A stretch of DNA of 64,000 nt from an uncultured Clostridia bacterium (GTDB lineage: Bacteria > Bacillota > Clostridia > TANB77 > CAG-508), in the NCBI GenBank assembly GCA_944388755.1, contig CALXJY010000004.1:563-64562 (forward strand). Reading direction: 5' to 3'. The position numbers were made by a program, and so were the translations under genes. The notes beneath the pieces are model-generated. The model saw nothing but the letters and a program-made list of their open reading frames with translations, did not search any database and was not told where the DNA came from. The first letter of the stretch is position 1. Each line of letters begins with the position of its first letter. Below are positions 1 to 10,938 of this stretch, in pieces.

Positions 1-693
1 CTTTGATAACATTTTCAAAATACTGTCATCTATGTAATTATCTATAATTAAGATTTTTTGTTTTGCTTTTTTTATAATATCTATAATTAAACTATAAGCA
101 TCATAAATTTGTCCATCAAAAAATATACTTTGTTTAAATTCTATTTTTTCTTTTTTTTGAAGTTCATCAAAAACTTTTTCGAACTTCTTTTCATGTTCTG
201 TTAACATTTTATTTTGTTCCAACACCCTATATTCTATGCTAGTCAGTCTTTCAAATACTTGCCCATTGGTTGCTATAAATCTCCTCATCTCAACAAAAGC
301 ATTCATTATATTTATACTTACCTGAATTGCAATATCATTCTTTAACAAACCTGAAAGCATAGCAATGCCTTGTTCTGTAAAAACATATGGCAAATATCTT
401 CTACCTCCATAATTTTCTTTTTCTAAACTTGAGGTCGCAATTTGCGACCTCAAGTTTTCTGCTTCAATTTCAGTTAATTTAAAGCAAAAATTTTCAGGAA
501 ATCTCTCGATGTTTCTTCTTACCGCTTCATTTATACGTTTAGTTGGATAGTGATATAACATAGCTACATCACTATCTAACATTACTTGTTTTCCTCTAAT
601 TGTATAAATTAAATTTTTTATTTTTTCTGTTTCATATTTTTCTACATCTGATTCTTTATTTACTAAAATAACATTATCATTTTCTTTTTCCAT
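1..693 (-). CDS. ORF6N (KilA-N-like) domain DNA-binding protein, partial; the C-terminus runs off the window start
   Basis: Absent from the ORF track because there is no stop in the window. Translation from the ATG at 693 gives MEKENDNVILVNKE..IRGKQVMLDSDVAMLYHYPTKRINEAVRRNIERFPENFCFKLTEIEAENLRSQIATSS..GGRRYLPYVFTEQGIAMLSGLL, the ORF6N signature. Confidence 0.75.
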   Translation of the reverse strand, partial: MEKENDNVILVNKESDVEKYETEKIKNLIYTIRGKQVMLDSDVAMLYHYPTKRINEAVRRNIERFPENFCFKLTEIEAENLRSQIATSSLEKENYGGRRYLPYVFTEQGIAMLSGLLKNDIAIQVSINIMNAFVEMRRFIATNGQVFERLTSIEYRVLEQNKMLTEHEKKFEKVFDELQKKEKIEFKQSIFFDGQIYDAYSLIIDIIKKAKQKILIIDNYIDDSILKMLSK

Positions 694-870
694 AACTATA
701 ACTTTCCTTGTAATATAAACTCATAATAACATATTTAGATAATTTATTTTTACTACATTTATTACAATTTATATGATATTACTGTACGATATATTTTAAA
801 ACATTTGTTTGTGTTTGTCAAGTGTTTTTTCTTTTATTTATTTTTATCTAAATCATTTAATTTCCTACTT

Positions 871-1074
871 TCATCTTTCGCTTTCTTCATTTTTTTGTAA
901 ACTTTTATCCTTTTTTAGCATACTATCTAAATCTTCTTTAATATGCGCATAAGAAAGAAAATCATCACCATATTCACTTAAAAACATACCAAATTCTTGT
1001 TGGTTTAATAGTAGAATAATTCTAACATTGTTTTGTAAATAAAAGCTATCTCTAGGCATATTAAAAACATTCAT
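871..1074 (-). CDS. hypothetical protein (67 aa), possibly a gene remnant
   Basis: ORF only. No recognisable motif and no clear RBS. Confidence 0.25.
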   Translation of the reverse strand: MNVFNMPRDSFYLQNNVRIILLLNQQEFGMFLSEYGDDFLSYAHIKEDLDSMLKKDKSLQKNEESER

Positions 1075-1190
1075 ATAAAAATCACCAATTTTTGTGATTT
1101 GACCAGTTTGCTTTAAATATTCTGCTTTTAAATTAATATTTTGTATTCAAGTTTTCAAGTGCCATAGGAATACAAAATTTGTAAGATATC

Positions 1191-2429
1191 TTATTTACTT
1201 AATGCTATTTTTCTTTTTGTGATTCCTAATATTTCTAACCCTTTTTGAACATATTCATTTTTCATAAAATATTTCCATATAAGTCCAGTATAATAGTTTT
1301 CAATCATTATCATACATATTCCTTTATCAATTCCTATACACTCTTTTGCATACCACGGTTTTTTCATATCTAAATTATATGAATCCTTAAATCCATATTT
1401 ACACCATAATTTAGGATAATTGTTATAATAATTTTCTACTGCTTTTTTACAAATATTTGGTGTGAATACAAGTGATCCTATTGCTCCACATGGAGGAATA
1501 GTTCCATCGTTTTTTTCGTCTACATTTGCTATTGCTGGCATTGCCCCAAAGTCTCCTGAATATCCATTAGGGCAACTACTTGCTGTAATTCCCCAAGAAT
1601 TTTCATTAAAAGTTCTAAATTTAGAGCTTTTTTCTATACAATATTCTCTATTTGCAAGTGTTGCTTTTACTGAATTTTCGAACCAATCAATACCTTCTTC
1701 GTCTTTTAGTCCTCTAAAATCAAACCACGCATGTGAATATTGATATGTAAATAATGTTCCACAATATGTATATATTATATCTTTTATGTCTTTATAATCT
1801 TTTTTTTCTTTTTTAAAACTACTGTATAAAATCTTATTTATTGGATATGTTGGTGAAGCTACACCTAATATATATAGCATTAATTGTTCTGCATACATAT
1901 CCCAATGTCCCCAAAATCCTTTTTCTTTCGAATATCCCATATAAAATTGATTTACTTCTTTATCTACATACCAGTTCCAATTTATATTTCTATATAGTTT
2001 TTCTGCTTTTTCCTTGACCTTACCTCCAAAATACTCTCCTACAAGAATTGCGCCACAGATAAATATAGCAGTATCTATAATAGATACCTCTGAATTCCAA
2101 GCTCTTTTTGCAGTATGTATGTTTACAAAATGATAAAAAAATCCATTTGTAGATTCCATGTTATTTAAAAATGTATCTAATGTATTTTCTGCTCTTTCAT
2201 ATGCTTTTTTATTTGAAATCCATTTTCTTTGTGTTCCTATTACCAGCCCTGCGAATCCATATCCAACTGATGCAATACTTGCAATATCATTTGCTAATTT
2301 TGTTTTATCTCTAATTAGCCCATATCCTTTACTTCCTTTTAAATTATTTGCTTCTTTTACAAAGAAATTATAGCTACCTTTTAATTCTTTTTTTAAGATA
2401 GTATCTCCTTTATGTTTTAATATTCTCAT
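1191..2429 (-). CDS. glucoamylase-family (beta-1,2-glucanase-like, Pfam Glycoamylase) protein
   Basis: C-terminal YGFKDSYNL..WYAKECIGIDKGICMIMIENYYTGLIWKYFM and central FFYHFVN..SIIDTA motifs are typical of this family. Start moved to MRILKHK, which follows a GAGGAGGG RBS. Confidence 0.65.
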   Translation of the reverse strand: MRILKHKGDTILKKELKGSYNFFVKEANNLKGSKGYGLIRDKTKLANDIASIASVGYGFAGLVIGTQRKWISNKKAYERAENTLDTFLNNMESTNGFFYHFVNIHTAKRAWNSEVSIIDTAIFICGAILVGEYFGGKVKEKAEKLYRNINWNWYVDKEVNQFYMGYSKEKGFWGHWDMYAEQLMLYILGVASPTYPINKILYSSFKKEKKDYKDIKDIIYTYCGTLFTYQYSHAWFDFRGLKDEEGIDWFENSVKATLANREYCIEKSSKFRTFNENSWGITASSCPNGYSGDFGAMPAIANVDEKNDGTIPPCGAIGSLVFTPNICKKAVENYYNNYPKLWCKYGFKDSYNLDMKKPWYAKECIGIDKGICMIMIENYYTGLIWKYFMKNEYVQKGLEILGITKRKIALSK

Positions 2430-2510
2430 AAAAAACGATCCCTCCTCAAATAAAATTATACTAATTTTATTTGAGTGTATCAATGGAAATATTTAGGGTA
2501 CATGTATATA

Positions 2511-2540
2511 GCCCAAAAGAATTTATATATCCTTTTGGGC
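2511..2540 (-). terminator. stem-loop downstream of fabI (gcccaaaag/cttttgggc)
   Basis: 9-bp GC-containing inverted repeat just 3-prime of the fabI stop. The U-tract is weak. Confidence 0.4.
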
Positions 2541-2557
2541 TTCCCAATTTAAAAATA

Positions 2558-3331
2558 TTATACTCCCATAATATTATATCCATTATCTGCATATAAAATT
2601 TGTCCTGTAATTGCTTCTGACATAGAACTTAATAAGAATGTTGTAACATCACCTACTTGTGTTATTGTGACATTTTTACGCATAGGTGCCTTTTCTTCTA
2701 TAACATCTAATATTGAATTAAAGTCTTTAATACCTTTAGCAGATAATGTTTTTATTGGACCTGCTGATACAGCATTCACTCTAATTCCGTCTTTACCTAG
2801 ATTATCAGCTAAATACCTTACGCTTGTCTCTAGTGCCGCTTTAGCAACTCCCATTACATTATAGTTTTCAACAACTTTTGTTGAACCATAATAAGTTAAA
2901 GTTACTATACTCGCTCCTTCATTTAACATATCTAATTCTTTAGCTACTCTTGTAGCTAATACAAAAGAATAACTACTTACATCTACTGCATGTGCATATC
3001 CTTCTTTACTAGTCATAATAAAATCATTATGTAAATCTTCTGTGTTTGCATGTGCTATTGCATGAACAATTCCATCAACCTTTCCATTTTCTTGTTTGAT
3101 TTTTTCAAATGTTTGTTTTACATCTTCATCTTCTGATGCATTATCACATAAATATATTTTTGAACCTTTAAATTCTGAAACTAATTGTTCAATTTTATCT
3201 TTACATTCTTCTCCTTTATATGTAAAAATTAATTCTGCTCCATTTTCGTAGGCTGATTTTGCAATTCCAAATGCAATACTCCATTTATTACGTATTCCCA
3301 TAATAATAATTTTTTTCCCTTTTAAAAGCAT
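2558..3331 (-). CDS. fabI: enoyl-[acyl-carrier-protein] reductase (NADH) FabI
   Basis: MLLKGKKIIIMGIRNKWSIAFGIAK.. and ..SAGPIKTLSAKGI.. are SDR-type FabI motifs. The gene lies in the fab cluster. Confidence 0.9.
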   Translation of the reverse strand: MLLKGKKIIIMGIRNKWSIAFGIAKSAYENGAELIFTYKGEECKDKIEQLVSEFKGSKIYLCDNASEDEDVKQTFEKIKQENGKVDGIVHAIAHANTEDLHNDFIMTSKEGYAHAVDVSSYSFVLATRVAKELDMLNEGASIVTLTYYGSTKVVENYNVMGVAKAALETSVRYLADNLGKDGIRVNAVSAGPIKTLSAKGIKDFNSILDVIEEKAPMRKNVTITQVGDVTTFLLSSMSEAITGQILYADNGYNIMGV

Positions 3332-3455
3332 GACTTTATTCCTCCTTTTAAATTTTACAATTCATAATATGTTTAAACTGCTATAGAATAATTTGATTAT
3401 AACAAATTTATAAAATAAATTTGTGTTCTCTATTAGAAAAATAGTACTACTTTCC

Positions 3456-4268
3456 TTATAGAGAACTTTCAATATTTTGAAGTTCTTTATATTCACCAAT
3501 GTTTCTAAATTTTTGGTATCTTTTTTCTACTATTTCTTTTTTGTTTAATTTTTTTAAATCCTTTAATTGTGTTAAGATTTCTTTTTTTAAATTATCTGTA
3601 ATTTTTTCAAAAGAAAAATCTTTTTCCTTTATTATTTTATCAATAATATGAAAATCATATAAGTCTTTTGCAGTTAACTTCATCTTTTCTGCTGCTTCTT
3701 TTGCTTTACTTGAATCTTTCCACAAAATACTTGCATAACCTTCTGGTGATAAAATAGAAAAAATTGCATTTTCAAGCATTATTATTTTGTTTGCTATACT
3801 AATTGCTAATGCTCCTCCACTAGAACCTTCTCCAATAACAATGCTAATTATAGGAACTGTTAATTTTGACATTTCAAACATACTGCGAGCAATAGCTTCA
3901 CCTTGTCCTCTTTCTTCTGCGCCAATGCCTGGATATGCACCCTTTGTGTCAATAAAAGTTATAATTGGTCTGTTGAACTTGTCTGCTTGTTTCATTAATC
4001 TTATAGCTTTTCTGTAACTTTCTGGATTAGGCATACCAAAATTTCTTTTCACGTTCTCTTTTGTGTCTCTACCTTTTTGCTGTGCTATTATTGTAAAATT
4101 TTGTTTTCCAATCCTTCCTAATCCACATACAGTTGCTGGATCATCACCATATAATCTATCACCATGTAATTCTATAAATTCATCAAATATTAACCCAATA
4201 TAATCTAAAGCTGTTTTTCTATTAGGATTTCTTGCTATTTCTACTTTTTCCCATGCTGAAAGTTCCAT
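3456..4268 (-). CDS. accA: acetyl-CoA carboxylase carboxyltransferase subunit alpha
   Basis: FIDTKGAYPGIGAEERGQGEAIARS motif. Adjacent to accD. Confidence 0.93.
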   Translation of the reverse strand: MELSAWEKVEIARNPNRKTALDYIGLIFDEFIELHGDRLYGDDPATVCGLGRIGKQNFTIIAQQKGRDTKENVKRNFGMPNPESYRKAIRLMKQADKFNRPIITFIDTKGAYPGIGAEERGQGEAIARSMFEMSKLTVPIISIVIGEGSSGGALAISIANKIIMLENAIFSILSPEGYASILWKDSSKAKEAAEKMKLTAKDLYDFHIIDKIIKEKDFSFEKITDNLKKEILTQLKDLKKLNKKEIVEKRYQKFRNIGEYKELQNIESSL

Positions 4269-5122
4269 TATTTTTCACCTCCATCATTGGTATTTAACTT
4301 AATTAGATTTGATAATGTATCTTTTAACATTCCTCTTTCTATAATTTTATCAATAAATCCATGTTCTAATAAAAATTCTGAAGTTTGAAAACCTGAAGGT
4401 AAATCTTCTCCAATTGTTTGTTTTATTACCCTTTGACCAGCAAAACCTATCATTGCACCAGGTTCTGCTAAAATTATATCTCCTAACATAGCAAAACTAG
4501 CAGTTACTCCACCATATGTAGGATCTGTTAAAACAGATATGTATAATAGTCCTGCTTCGTCAAATTTTGCTATGGCTTCTGTTACTTTTGCCATTTGCAT
4601 TAAAGATATAATTCCTTCTTGCATTCTAGCTCCTCCTGAAGCACAAAATATTATAAGTGGTAATTTTAATTCAATAGCCTTTTCTACAGAATATGTTATT
4701 TTTTCACCAACCACACTTCCCATACTTCCCATTAGAAAGTTACTATCCATCACACATATAACAACTTTTATTGAATTAATTTCTCCAATTCCACATTTAA
4801 CTGCCTCTTCAATTTTTGTTTTTTGTCTTAATTGTTTCATTTTGTGTTCATAATCTTCCAATCCTAAAGGATTAACTGTATCTATATTTAGCTTAAATTC
4901 TTCGAAAGTATCTTTATCTATAATTTGATCTATTCTTCTTCTACTAGATAATCTGAATGGATGGCCACATAGAGGACATACACTATTGTTTTCTTTTACA
5001 TTTTCTTTATATAAAATCTCTTTACAAGCCTCACATTTTATCCACTTTCCAACTGGAATATCAACTTTATTGGTTGGTCTTATATTTTTATTTTCACGCT
5101 TTTTTATTTTATCTACTATCAC
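4268..5122 (-). CDS. accD: acetyl-CoA carboxylase carboxyltransferase subunit beta
   Basis: N-terminal zinc ribbon (CEACKE..CPLCGH) followed by SGGARMQEGIISLMQMAK. Confidence 0.93.
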   Translation of the reverse strand: MIVDKIKKRENKNIRPTNKVDIPVGKWIKCEACKEILYKENVKENNSVCPLCGHPFRLSSRRRIDQIIDKDTFEEFKLNIDTVNPLGLEDYEHKMKQLRQKTKIEEAVKCGIGEINSIKVVICVMDSNFLMGSMGSVVGEKITYSVEKAIELKLPLIIFCASGGARMQEGIISLMQMAKVTEAIAKFDEAGLLYISVLTDPTYGGVTASFAMLGDIILAEPGAMIGFAGQRVIKQTIGEDLPSGFQTSEFLLEHGFIDKIIERGMLKDTLSNLIKLNTNDGGEK

Positions 5123-5135
5123 TAGTTATACACTC

Positions 5136-6476
5136 CTATCCTAAGATTTCCTTTTCAATAAATGATGTATCATAATTTCCTCTTATAAAATTTGGATTCT
5201 TCATAATATCAAGTAAAAAATCAATATTAGTGTCTATTCCATCAATTACTAACTCTTCCAATGCTCTTTTCATTTTTGCAATTGTTTCATTTCTATTTGT
5301 TCCATGAGCTATTAATTTCATTAGCATAGAATCATAATTTGCTGGAATTGTATATCCTTCATATATAAAAGTATCTATACGAATTCCATTTCCTCCTGGT
5401 AGATTCAATCCTATAATTTTACCAGGTGCAGGTCTAAATCCTTTACTTGGATTTTCTGCATTAATTCTACATTCCATAGTATGACCTTGTATTTTTATAT
5501 CATTTTGGTTAAATCTTAATTTTTCTCCTGCTGACACTCTAATTTGTTCTTTTATTAAGTCAATTCCTGTATTTTCTTCTGTAATTGGATGTTCAACTTG
5601 AATTCTAGTATTCATTTCCATAAAATAAAAATTTCCATTTTTATCTACTAAAAATTCTACAGTTCCTGCATTGGTGTATCCTGCAACTTTTGCTGCATTT
5701 ACAGCTGTTTCTCCGATTTTATTTCTTAATTCTGTACTAAGTACAATAGATGGTCCTTCTTCTAATATTTTTTGATGTTTTCTTTGGATAGTACAATCTC
5801 TTTCTCCAAGATATACAACATTTCCATATTCATCAGCTAAAATTTGGACTTCTATATGTCTAGGATTTTCAACAAATTTTTCCATATAAATTTCATCATC
5901 AAAAAATGCTGCTTTTGCCTCTTGTTTTACAATATTATAATTTTCTTCTAATTCTGTATCATTATTTGCTACACGTATTCCTTTTCCTCCTCCTCCAGCT
6001 GATGCCTTTAACATAACAGGATATCCTATTCTTTCTGCTATATCTAAAGCGTCTTTTAGGTTATTTATTTTTCCATCAGATCCTGGAATAACTGGAATTC
6101 CTGCTTTTTTCATCATTTCCTTTGCATTTGACTTATTTCCCATTTTGTCTATAATTTTATATGATGGTCCTATAAATTTAATGTTAGATTCTTCACATAT
6201 TTTTGCAAAGTCACTATTTTCTGCTAAAAAGCCATATCCTGGATGAATTCCGTCTGCTCCTGTAATTTTTGCTGATTCTATAATATTTTTTAAGTTTAAA
6301 TAACTTTTATTAGAACTAGCAGGTCCTACACATATTGCTTCATCTGCTAATCTTGTGTGCAAACAATCTTTGTCAGCTTCTGAATAAATTGCAACTGTTT
6401 TTATATTCATTTCTTTACATGCTCTTATAATACGAACTGCAATTTCTCCTCTATTTGCAATTAAAATTTTATTCAT
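5136..6476 (-). CDS. accC: acetyl-CoA carboxylase biotin carboxylase subunit
   Basis: MNKILIANRGEIAVRIIRACKEM.. ATP-grasp sequence. Start set at MNKILIAN, which follows a GGAGGG RBS. Confidence 0.95.
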   Translation of the reverse strand: MNKILIANRGEIAVRIIRACKEMNIKTVAIYSEADKDCLHTRLADEAICVGPASSNKSYLNLKNIIESAKITGADGIHPGYGFLAENSDFAKICEESNIKFIGPSYKIIDKMGNKSNAKEMMKKAGIPVIPGSDGKINNLKDALDIAERIGYPVMLKASAGGGGKGIRVANNDTELEENYNIVKQEAKAAFFDDEIYMEKFVENPRHIEVQILADEYGNVVYLGERDCTIQRKHQKILEEGPSIVLSTELRNKIGETAVNAAKVAGYTNAGTVEFLVDKNGNFYFMEMNTRIQVEHPITEENTGIDLIKEQIRVSAGEKLRFNQNDIKIQGHTMECRINAENPSKGFRPAPGKIIGLNLPGGNGIRIDTFIYEGYTIPANYDSMLMKLIAHGTNRNETIAKMKRALEELVIDGIDTNIDFLLDIMKNPNFIRGNYDTSFIEKEILG

Positions 6477-6491
6477 GTGATTTCCCTCCAT

Positions 6492-6914
6492 TTATACTAC
6501 AGCAAATGTCAATTCTCCTTTAGCTGCTATTTTTCCATCTACTGTTGCTATTGCTTCACCAACACCTATTGGTCCTTTTCTTTTTATAATATGTACTTCT
6601 AGTTTAAGTTTATCCCCTGGTATTACCATTTTTTTAAATTTCATTTTGTCAATTCCACCAAATAATGCATTTTTGCCTTTATTTTCTTCTAAAGACAATA
6701 TAGCAACTGCTCCAGCTTGTGCTAAGCTTTCTGTAATTAAAACGCCAGGCATAATTGGGTTTCCTGGAAAATGTCCTTGAAAATACCACTCTTTTTCATT
6801 AACATTTTTATATGCTATACAACTTTCTCCTGGTATATATTCTTCTACTTCGTCTATCATCAAAAAAGGTTCTCTTTGTGGAATTATGTTTTTTATCTCT
6901 TCTTTGTTTAACAT
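6492..6914 (-). CDS. fabZ: 3-hydroxyacyl-ACP dehydratase FabZ
   Basis: [32 protein letters not shown] hot-dog motif. Confidence 0.92.
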   Translation of the reverse strand: MLNKEEIKNIIPQREPFLMIDEVEEYIPGESCIAYKNVNEKEWYFQGHFPGNPIMPGVLITESLAQAGAVAILSLEENKGKNALFGGIDKMKFKKMVIPGDKLKLEVHIIKRKGPIGVGEAIATVDGKIAAKGELTFAVV

Positions 6915-7001
6915 TTTTATCACATTCCTCTCAGGCTATAAAATTTTTTATTGTATAATATTTATCTTGGTCACAAGATTTTCAATATACAACACATTAT
7001 T

Positions 7002-7433
7002 TTATATAATTCTAAATAGTGGATCTCCATATTGTACAGGTTCTCCATCTTTTGCTATTATTTCTGCAATTTTACCATCATATTCTGATTCAATTTCATT
7101 CATTAATTTCATTGCTTCTATAATACAAAGCACATCACCTTTTTTTACTGTTGAGCCAACTTCAACATATGAATCACTATCAGGAGAAGGCTTTGTGTAA
7201 AAAGTTCCAACCATTGGAGAAGTTACAATTTTGCCTTCTTCTTTTTTAGGTTGTTTTTCTTCCTCATTTTTCACATCAATTAAATGTTCTATTTTATCAT
7301 GTCTTTCAGGTATTTTTTCTTCATGATTTTTTTTCATTTTAATTTTAATTCCATTTGGAAATTCAATATCTAAACTACTTAATTTTGATTTTCCCATATC
7401 TTCTATTAGTTGTTTTATTTGTTCATATTCCAT
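7002..7433 (-). CDS. accB: acetyl-CoA carboxylase biotin carboxyl carrier protein
   Basis: C-terminal biotinyl domain with the [14 protein letters not shown] motif. Confidence 0.9.
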   Translation of the reverse strand: MEYEQIKQLIEDMGKSKLSSLDIEFPNGIKIKMKKNHEEKIPERHDKIEHLIDVKNEEEKQPKKEEGKIVTSPMVGTFYTKPSPDSDSYVEVGSTVKKGDVLCIIEAMKLMNEIESEYDGKIAEIIAKDGEPVQYGDPLFRII

Positions 7434-7444
7434 TTTATTTCCTC

Positions 7445-8683
7445 CTAATTTTTATACTTTCTTAAAATAATACTTGCATTATGACCACCAAAGCCAAGTG
7501 AATTTGACATAACAATATTAATATCTTGTTTTATTGGTTCATTTGGTACAATATCTAAGTCACATTCTTCATCAGGTACTTTATAATTTATTGTTGGTGG
7601 TACTAAAGAATTTTCTATTGCTTTAATACTTATTATAGCTTCAATTGATCCTGCAGCTCCTAATAAATGTCCTGTATTTCCTTTTGTTGAACTTACTTTT
7701 ACCTTTTTTGCATAATCTTTTAATACTGTTTTAATAGCTTTTGTTTCTGTAGAATCATTTAAATGTGTAGATGTACCATGTGCATTAATATAATCAATTT
7801 CTTCAGGTGTAATTTTTGCATCATCTATTGCTCTTTGCATTGCTCTTGCTCCGCCTTCTCCATTTGGATCAGGTGATGTAATATGATATGCATCAGATGT
7901 TGCTCCATATCCAATTATTTCTGCATAAATATGTGCTCCTCTTTTTTTGGCATGTTCTAATTCTTCTAGTACAATAACTGCTGCACCTTCTCCCATAACA
8001 AAACCTGATCTTTCTTTATCAAATGGGATACTTGCTCTATTTTTATCTGTTGAATGTGAAAGTGCTTTCATATTTTCAAATCCTGCAAGTCCTACTTCAC
8101 ATATTGGTGCTTCACTTCCTCCTGCTAAAACCACTTCTTCATAACCATGTTTTATAGCTCTATATGCTTCACCTATTGAATGTGTTGCTGAACTACATGC
8201 AGTAACAATTGAAATAGATTCTCCTTTAAGTCCTAAATCAATTGCAATATTTCCAGCTGGCATATTTACTATTCCCATTGGTATAAACATTGGTGAAACT
8301 CTGCTATTACCTTTTAGTGTATTTGTTTCACATTGTTTTTGAATTGTTTCTATTCCTCCAATGCCTGACCCTACAAAGATTCCAACATTATTAAGGTTTG
8401 TATTTTCCTTAGTTATTTTACTATCTTTAAAAGCTTCTCTTGCTGCAATTATAGCATATTGTGAAACTTTATCTAATCTTTTAGCTTGTTTTACATCAAA
8501 GTATTTTGAACTGTCATAGTTTTTTATTTCTCCAGCAAGTTTTGTTTTAAAATTTGTTGTGTCAAATGCAGTTATTTCGTCAATTCCGCATTTTTTTTCT
8601 TCAATACTTTTCCAAATTTCATTTACATCGTTTCCAATTGGACTTATTGCTCCAAGTCCAGTTACAACAACTCTTTTATCCAT
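7445..8683 (-). CDS. fabF: beta-ketoacyl-ACP synthase II
   Basis: [18 protein letters not shown].., active-site ACSSATH, HGTSTxxND and GHLLGAAG. Start set at MDKRVVV, directly after the fabG stop. Confidence 0.93.
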   Translation of the reverse strand: MDKRVVVTGLGAISPIGNDVNEIWKSIEEKKCGIDEITAFDTTNFKTKLAGEIKNYDSSKYFDVKQAKRLDKVSQYAIIAAREAFKDSKITKENTNLNNVGIFVGSGIGGIETIQKQCETNTLKGNSRVSPMFIPMGIVNMPAGNIAIDLGLKGESISIVTACSSATHSIGEAYRAIKHGYEEVVLAGGSEAPICEVGLAGFENMKALSHSTDKNRASIPFDKERSGFVMGEGAAVIVLEELEHAKKRGAHIYAEIIGYGATSDAYHITSPDPNGEGGARAMQRAIDDAKITPEEIDYINAHGTSTHLNDSTETKAIKTVLKDYAKKVKVSSTKGNTGHLLGAAGSIEAIISIKAIENSLVPPTINYKVPDEECDLDIVPNEPIKQDINIVMSNSLGFGGHNASIILRKYKN

Positions 8684-8684
8684 A

Positions 8685-9422
8685 TTAAACCATTCCTCCA
8701 TCAACATTTATTACTTGACCTGTAATATAACTACTTTCGTCATTTCCTAAAAAATATACGACATTTGCTACATCTTCAGCTGTGCCCATGCGTTTCATTG
8801 GTATTTGTGAATTTATATTATTTTTTACATCTTCTGATAAAACTTCTGTCATGTCTGTTGCAATAAAACCAGGTGCTACACAATTTGCACAAATATTTCT
8901 GCTTGCAACTTCTTTTGCTACACTTTTAGTAAATCCTATAATTCCTGCTTTTGATGCTGAGTAATTTGACTGCCCAGCATTTCCACAAACACCAACAACT
9001 GATGATATATTAATAATTTTACCATTTCTTTTTTTCATCATATATGGTATTACTTCTTTGGTCATTAAAAAAGTTCCTTTTAGATTTATATTTATAACTT
9101 TGTCAAAATCTTCTTCTTTCATCCTCATAAGTAAACAATCTTTTGTTACTCCTGCATTATTTACTAATACATCGATTTTTCCAAATTTTTCAATTGCTTG
9201 TTTTACCATTTCTTCTACTTCATCTTTTTTTGAAACATCTGCTTTAACACATATTGTTTCAATACCATATTGTTCTAGTTCATCTTTTAAGCTTTGAGTA
9301 TCTGTATTATCTGATACATAATTTAGGACAATATTATAGTTATTTTTAGCAAATTTTAAAGCAATCGCTTTTCCAATCCCTCTTGCTCCTCCTGTTACTA
9401 ATGCAACTTTTCTTTCTTCCAT
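8685..9422 (-). CDS. fabG: 3-oxoacyl-ACP reductase FabG
   Basis: VALVTGGARGIGKAIA..NNAGVTKD..YSASKAG SDR motifs in a fab context. Confidence 0.92.
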   Translation of the reverse strand: MEERKVALVTGGARGIGKAIALKFAKNNYNIVLNYVSDNTDTQSLKDELEQYGIETICVKADVSKKDEVEEMVKQAIEKFGKIDVLVNNAGVTKDCLLMRMKEEDFDKVININLKGTFLMTKEVIPYMMKKRNGKIINISSVVGVCGNAGQSNYSASKAGIIGFTKSVAKEVASRNICANCVAPGFIATDMTEVLSEDVKNNINSQIPMKRMGTAEDVANVVYFLGNDESSYITGQVINVDGGMV

Positions 9423-9424
9423 AT

Positions 9425-10363
9425 TTATTCTCCTTTCTCATTTAAAAAATCTTTTAAGCTTTCTAAATTATTTATATTATATATATTAGCTTCTTTATAG
9501 TCTTTTTTAACAAATCCTGTTAATGTTTTTCCAGGTCCTATTTCTACAAAATCTGTAATTCCGTTATTTCTCATTGTTTCTATTGTTTTATCAAATCTTA
9601 CAGGGCTTATTATATGTTTAGCTAATATTACTTTCATATTCTCGTCTTTTTTATATGGCATGCCATCAATATTTTTTACTACTTGAATATCATTTCCATT
9701 TTCAAATTTTGCATTTTCTAGTTCTTCTTCATATAATTTTTTTGCTTCAAGTAGTTTTTCAGTATGAAATGGACCACCTGTTTTTAATGGTATAACTCTT
9801 TTAGCTCCAGCTTCTTTTAATTTTTCTGTTGCAAGCTCAATTCCTTTTTCTGTTCCTGATATAACTGTTTGTGCTTTGCAATTATAGTTTGCTGGGACTA
9901 CAAATTCAGTATTTTTTATATCCATACAGATATCTTTTATTATAGAACTATCTAAACCAATTACTGCAGACATCATATATTTTTCTTGTTTTGGCAAGAA
10001 ATTCCCCATATAATAGCCTCTTTTTTTAATAAGCTTCATTCCTTCTTCTATAGTAAGATATCCTCCATATATTAATGATGTATATTCACCTAAGCTTAAA
10101 CCTGCTGTCATTTCTGCTTTTATATTATATTTTTCTAAAACAGATAATATTGCTAAACTTGTTGTTAAAATTGCAATTTGAGTATTTTCAGTTTTCATTA
10201 ATTCTTCTTCAGGTCCTTCAAAACACAATCTCTTTACGTCAATTCCTGTTACATCTTCTGCTTTTTTATATATTTCTCTCGCTTCTTCAAAATTATCGTA
10301 AATATCTTTTCCCATTCCTACGCTTTGTGCCCCTTGTCCAGGAAATAAAAATGCTGTTTTCAT
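9425..10363 (-). CDS. fabD: ACP S-malonyltransferase
   Basis: FLFPGQGAQSVGMGKD..GLSLGEY motifs. Confidence 0.92.
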   Translation of the reverse strand: MKTAFLFPGQGAQSVGMGKDIYDNFEEAREIYKKAEDVTGIDVKRLCFEGPEEELMKTENTQIAILTTSLAILSVLEKYNIKAEMTAGLSLGEYTSLIYGGYLTIEEGMKLIKKRGYYMGNFLPKQEKYMMSAVIGLDSSIIKDICMDIKNTEFVVPANYNCKAQTVISGTEKGIELATEKLKEAGAKRVIPLKTGGPFHTEKLLEAKKLYEEELENAKFENGNDIQVVKNIDGMPYKKDENMKVILAKHIISPVRFDKTIETMRNNGITDFVEIGPGKTLTGFVKKDYKEANIYNINNLESLKDFLNEKGE

Positions 10364-10380
10364 ATTATTCTCTTCCTTTC

Positions 10381-10938
10381 CTAAATTTCGCTTTCTAATA
10401 TATTACAGAAACTAGAGTCGAATTCTTTTATGAATTCTTTTATAATTAATTTATTGTCTATTTTAATTCCAAATTCTTTTTTTATTGAAGTCGCAATATT
10501 TTTAATCTCTTCTTCAAAATTCATTTGATTTGTGTTAATTCCTATTCCAATAACTATAGTATTTACTATACTTCCCTGTAATTTTGTTTCTGTTAATATA
10601 CCTCCTATTTTTTTATTTTTTATAATTATATCATTTGGTTTTTTTATATTCAAATCTATATTGTATATTTTTTTAAAGACTTCTACTAAAATTTCTGCAA
10701 TTTTAGTGGTTAACCCTTCTAGTTTATTTATTTCTATATGTGGAAACATTACAAAAGAAAAAGCTATATTATTTTCTTCAGTTGTATACCACTTCCTGCC
10801 ATGTGTTCCTATACCATCTGTTTGTATATCTGCCATTATGAGTGTTTTATCTTTTATATCTCTGTTTTCTATTTTTCTCCATATTTCTTTTTGTGTTGAA
10901 TCTATAGTTTTATAATGAATAATATTTATCTTATTCAA
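10381..10938 (-). CDS. birA: biotin--[acetyl-CoA-carboxylase] ligase, short form (catalytic core only)
   Basis: YKTIDSTQKE..ADIQTDGIGTHGRKWYT is the BPL catalytic motif. At 185 aa it has no N-terminal HTH and little or no C-terminal domain. Confidence 0.7.
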   Translation of the reverse strand: MNKINIIHYKTIDSTQKEIWRKIENRDIKDKTLIMADIQTDGIGTHGRKWYTTEENNIAFSFVMFPHIEINKLEGLTTKIAEILVEVFKKIYNIDLNIKKPNDIIIKNKKIGGILTETKLQGSIVNTIVIGIGINTNQMNFEEEIKNIATSIKKEFGIKIDNKLIIKEFIKEFDSSFCNILESEI

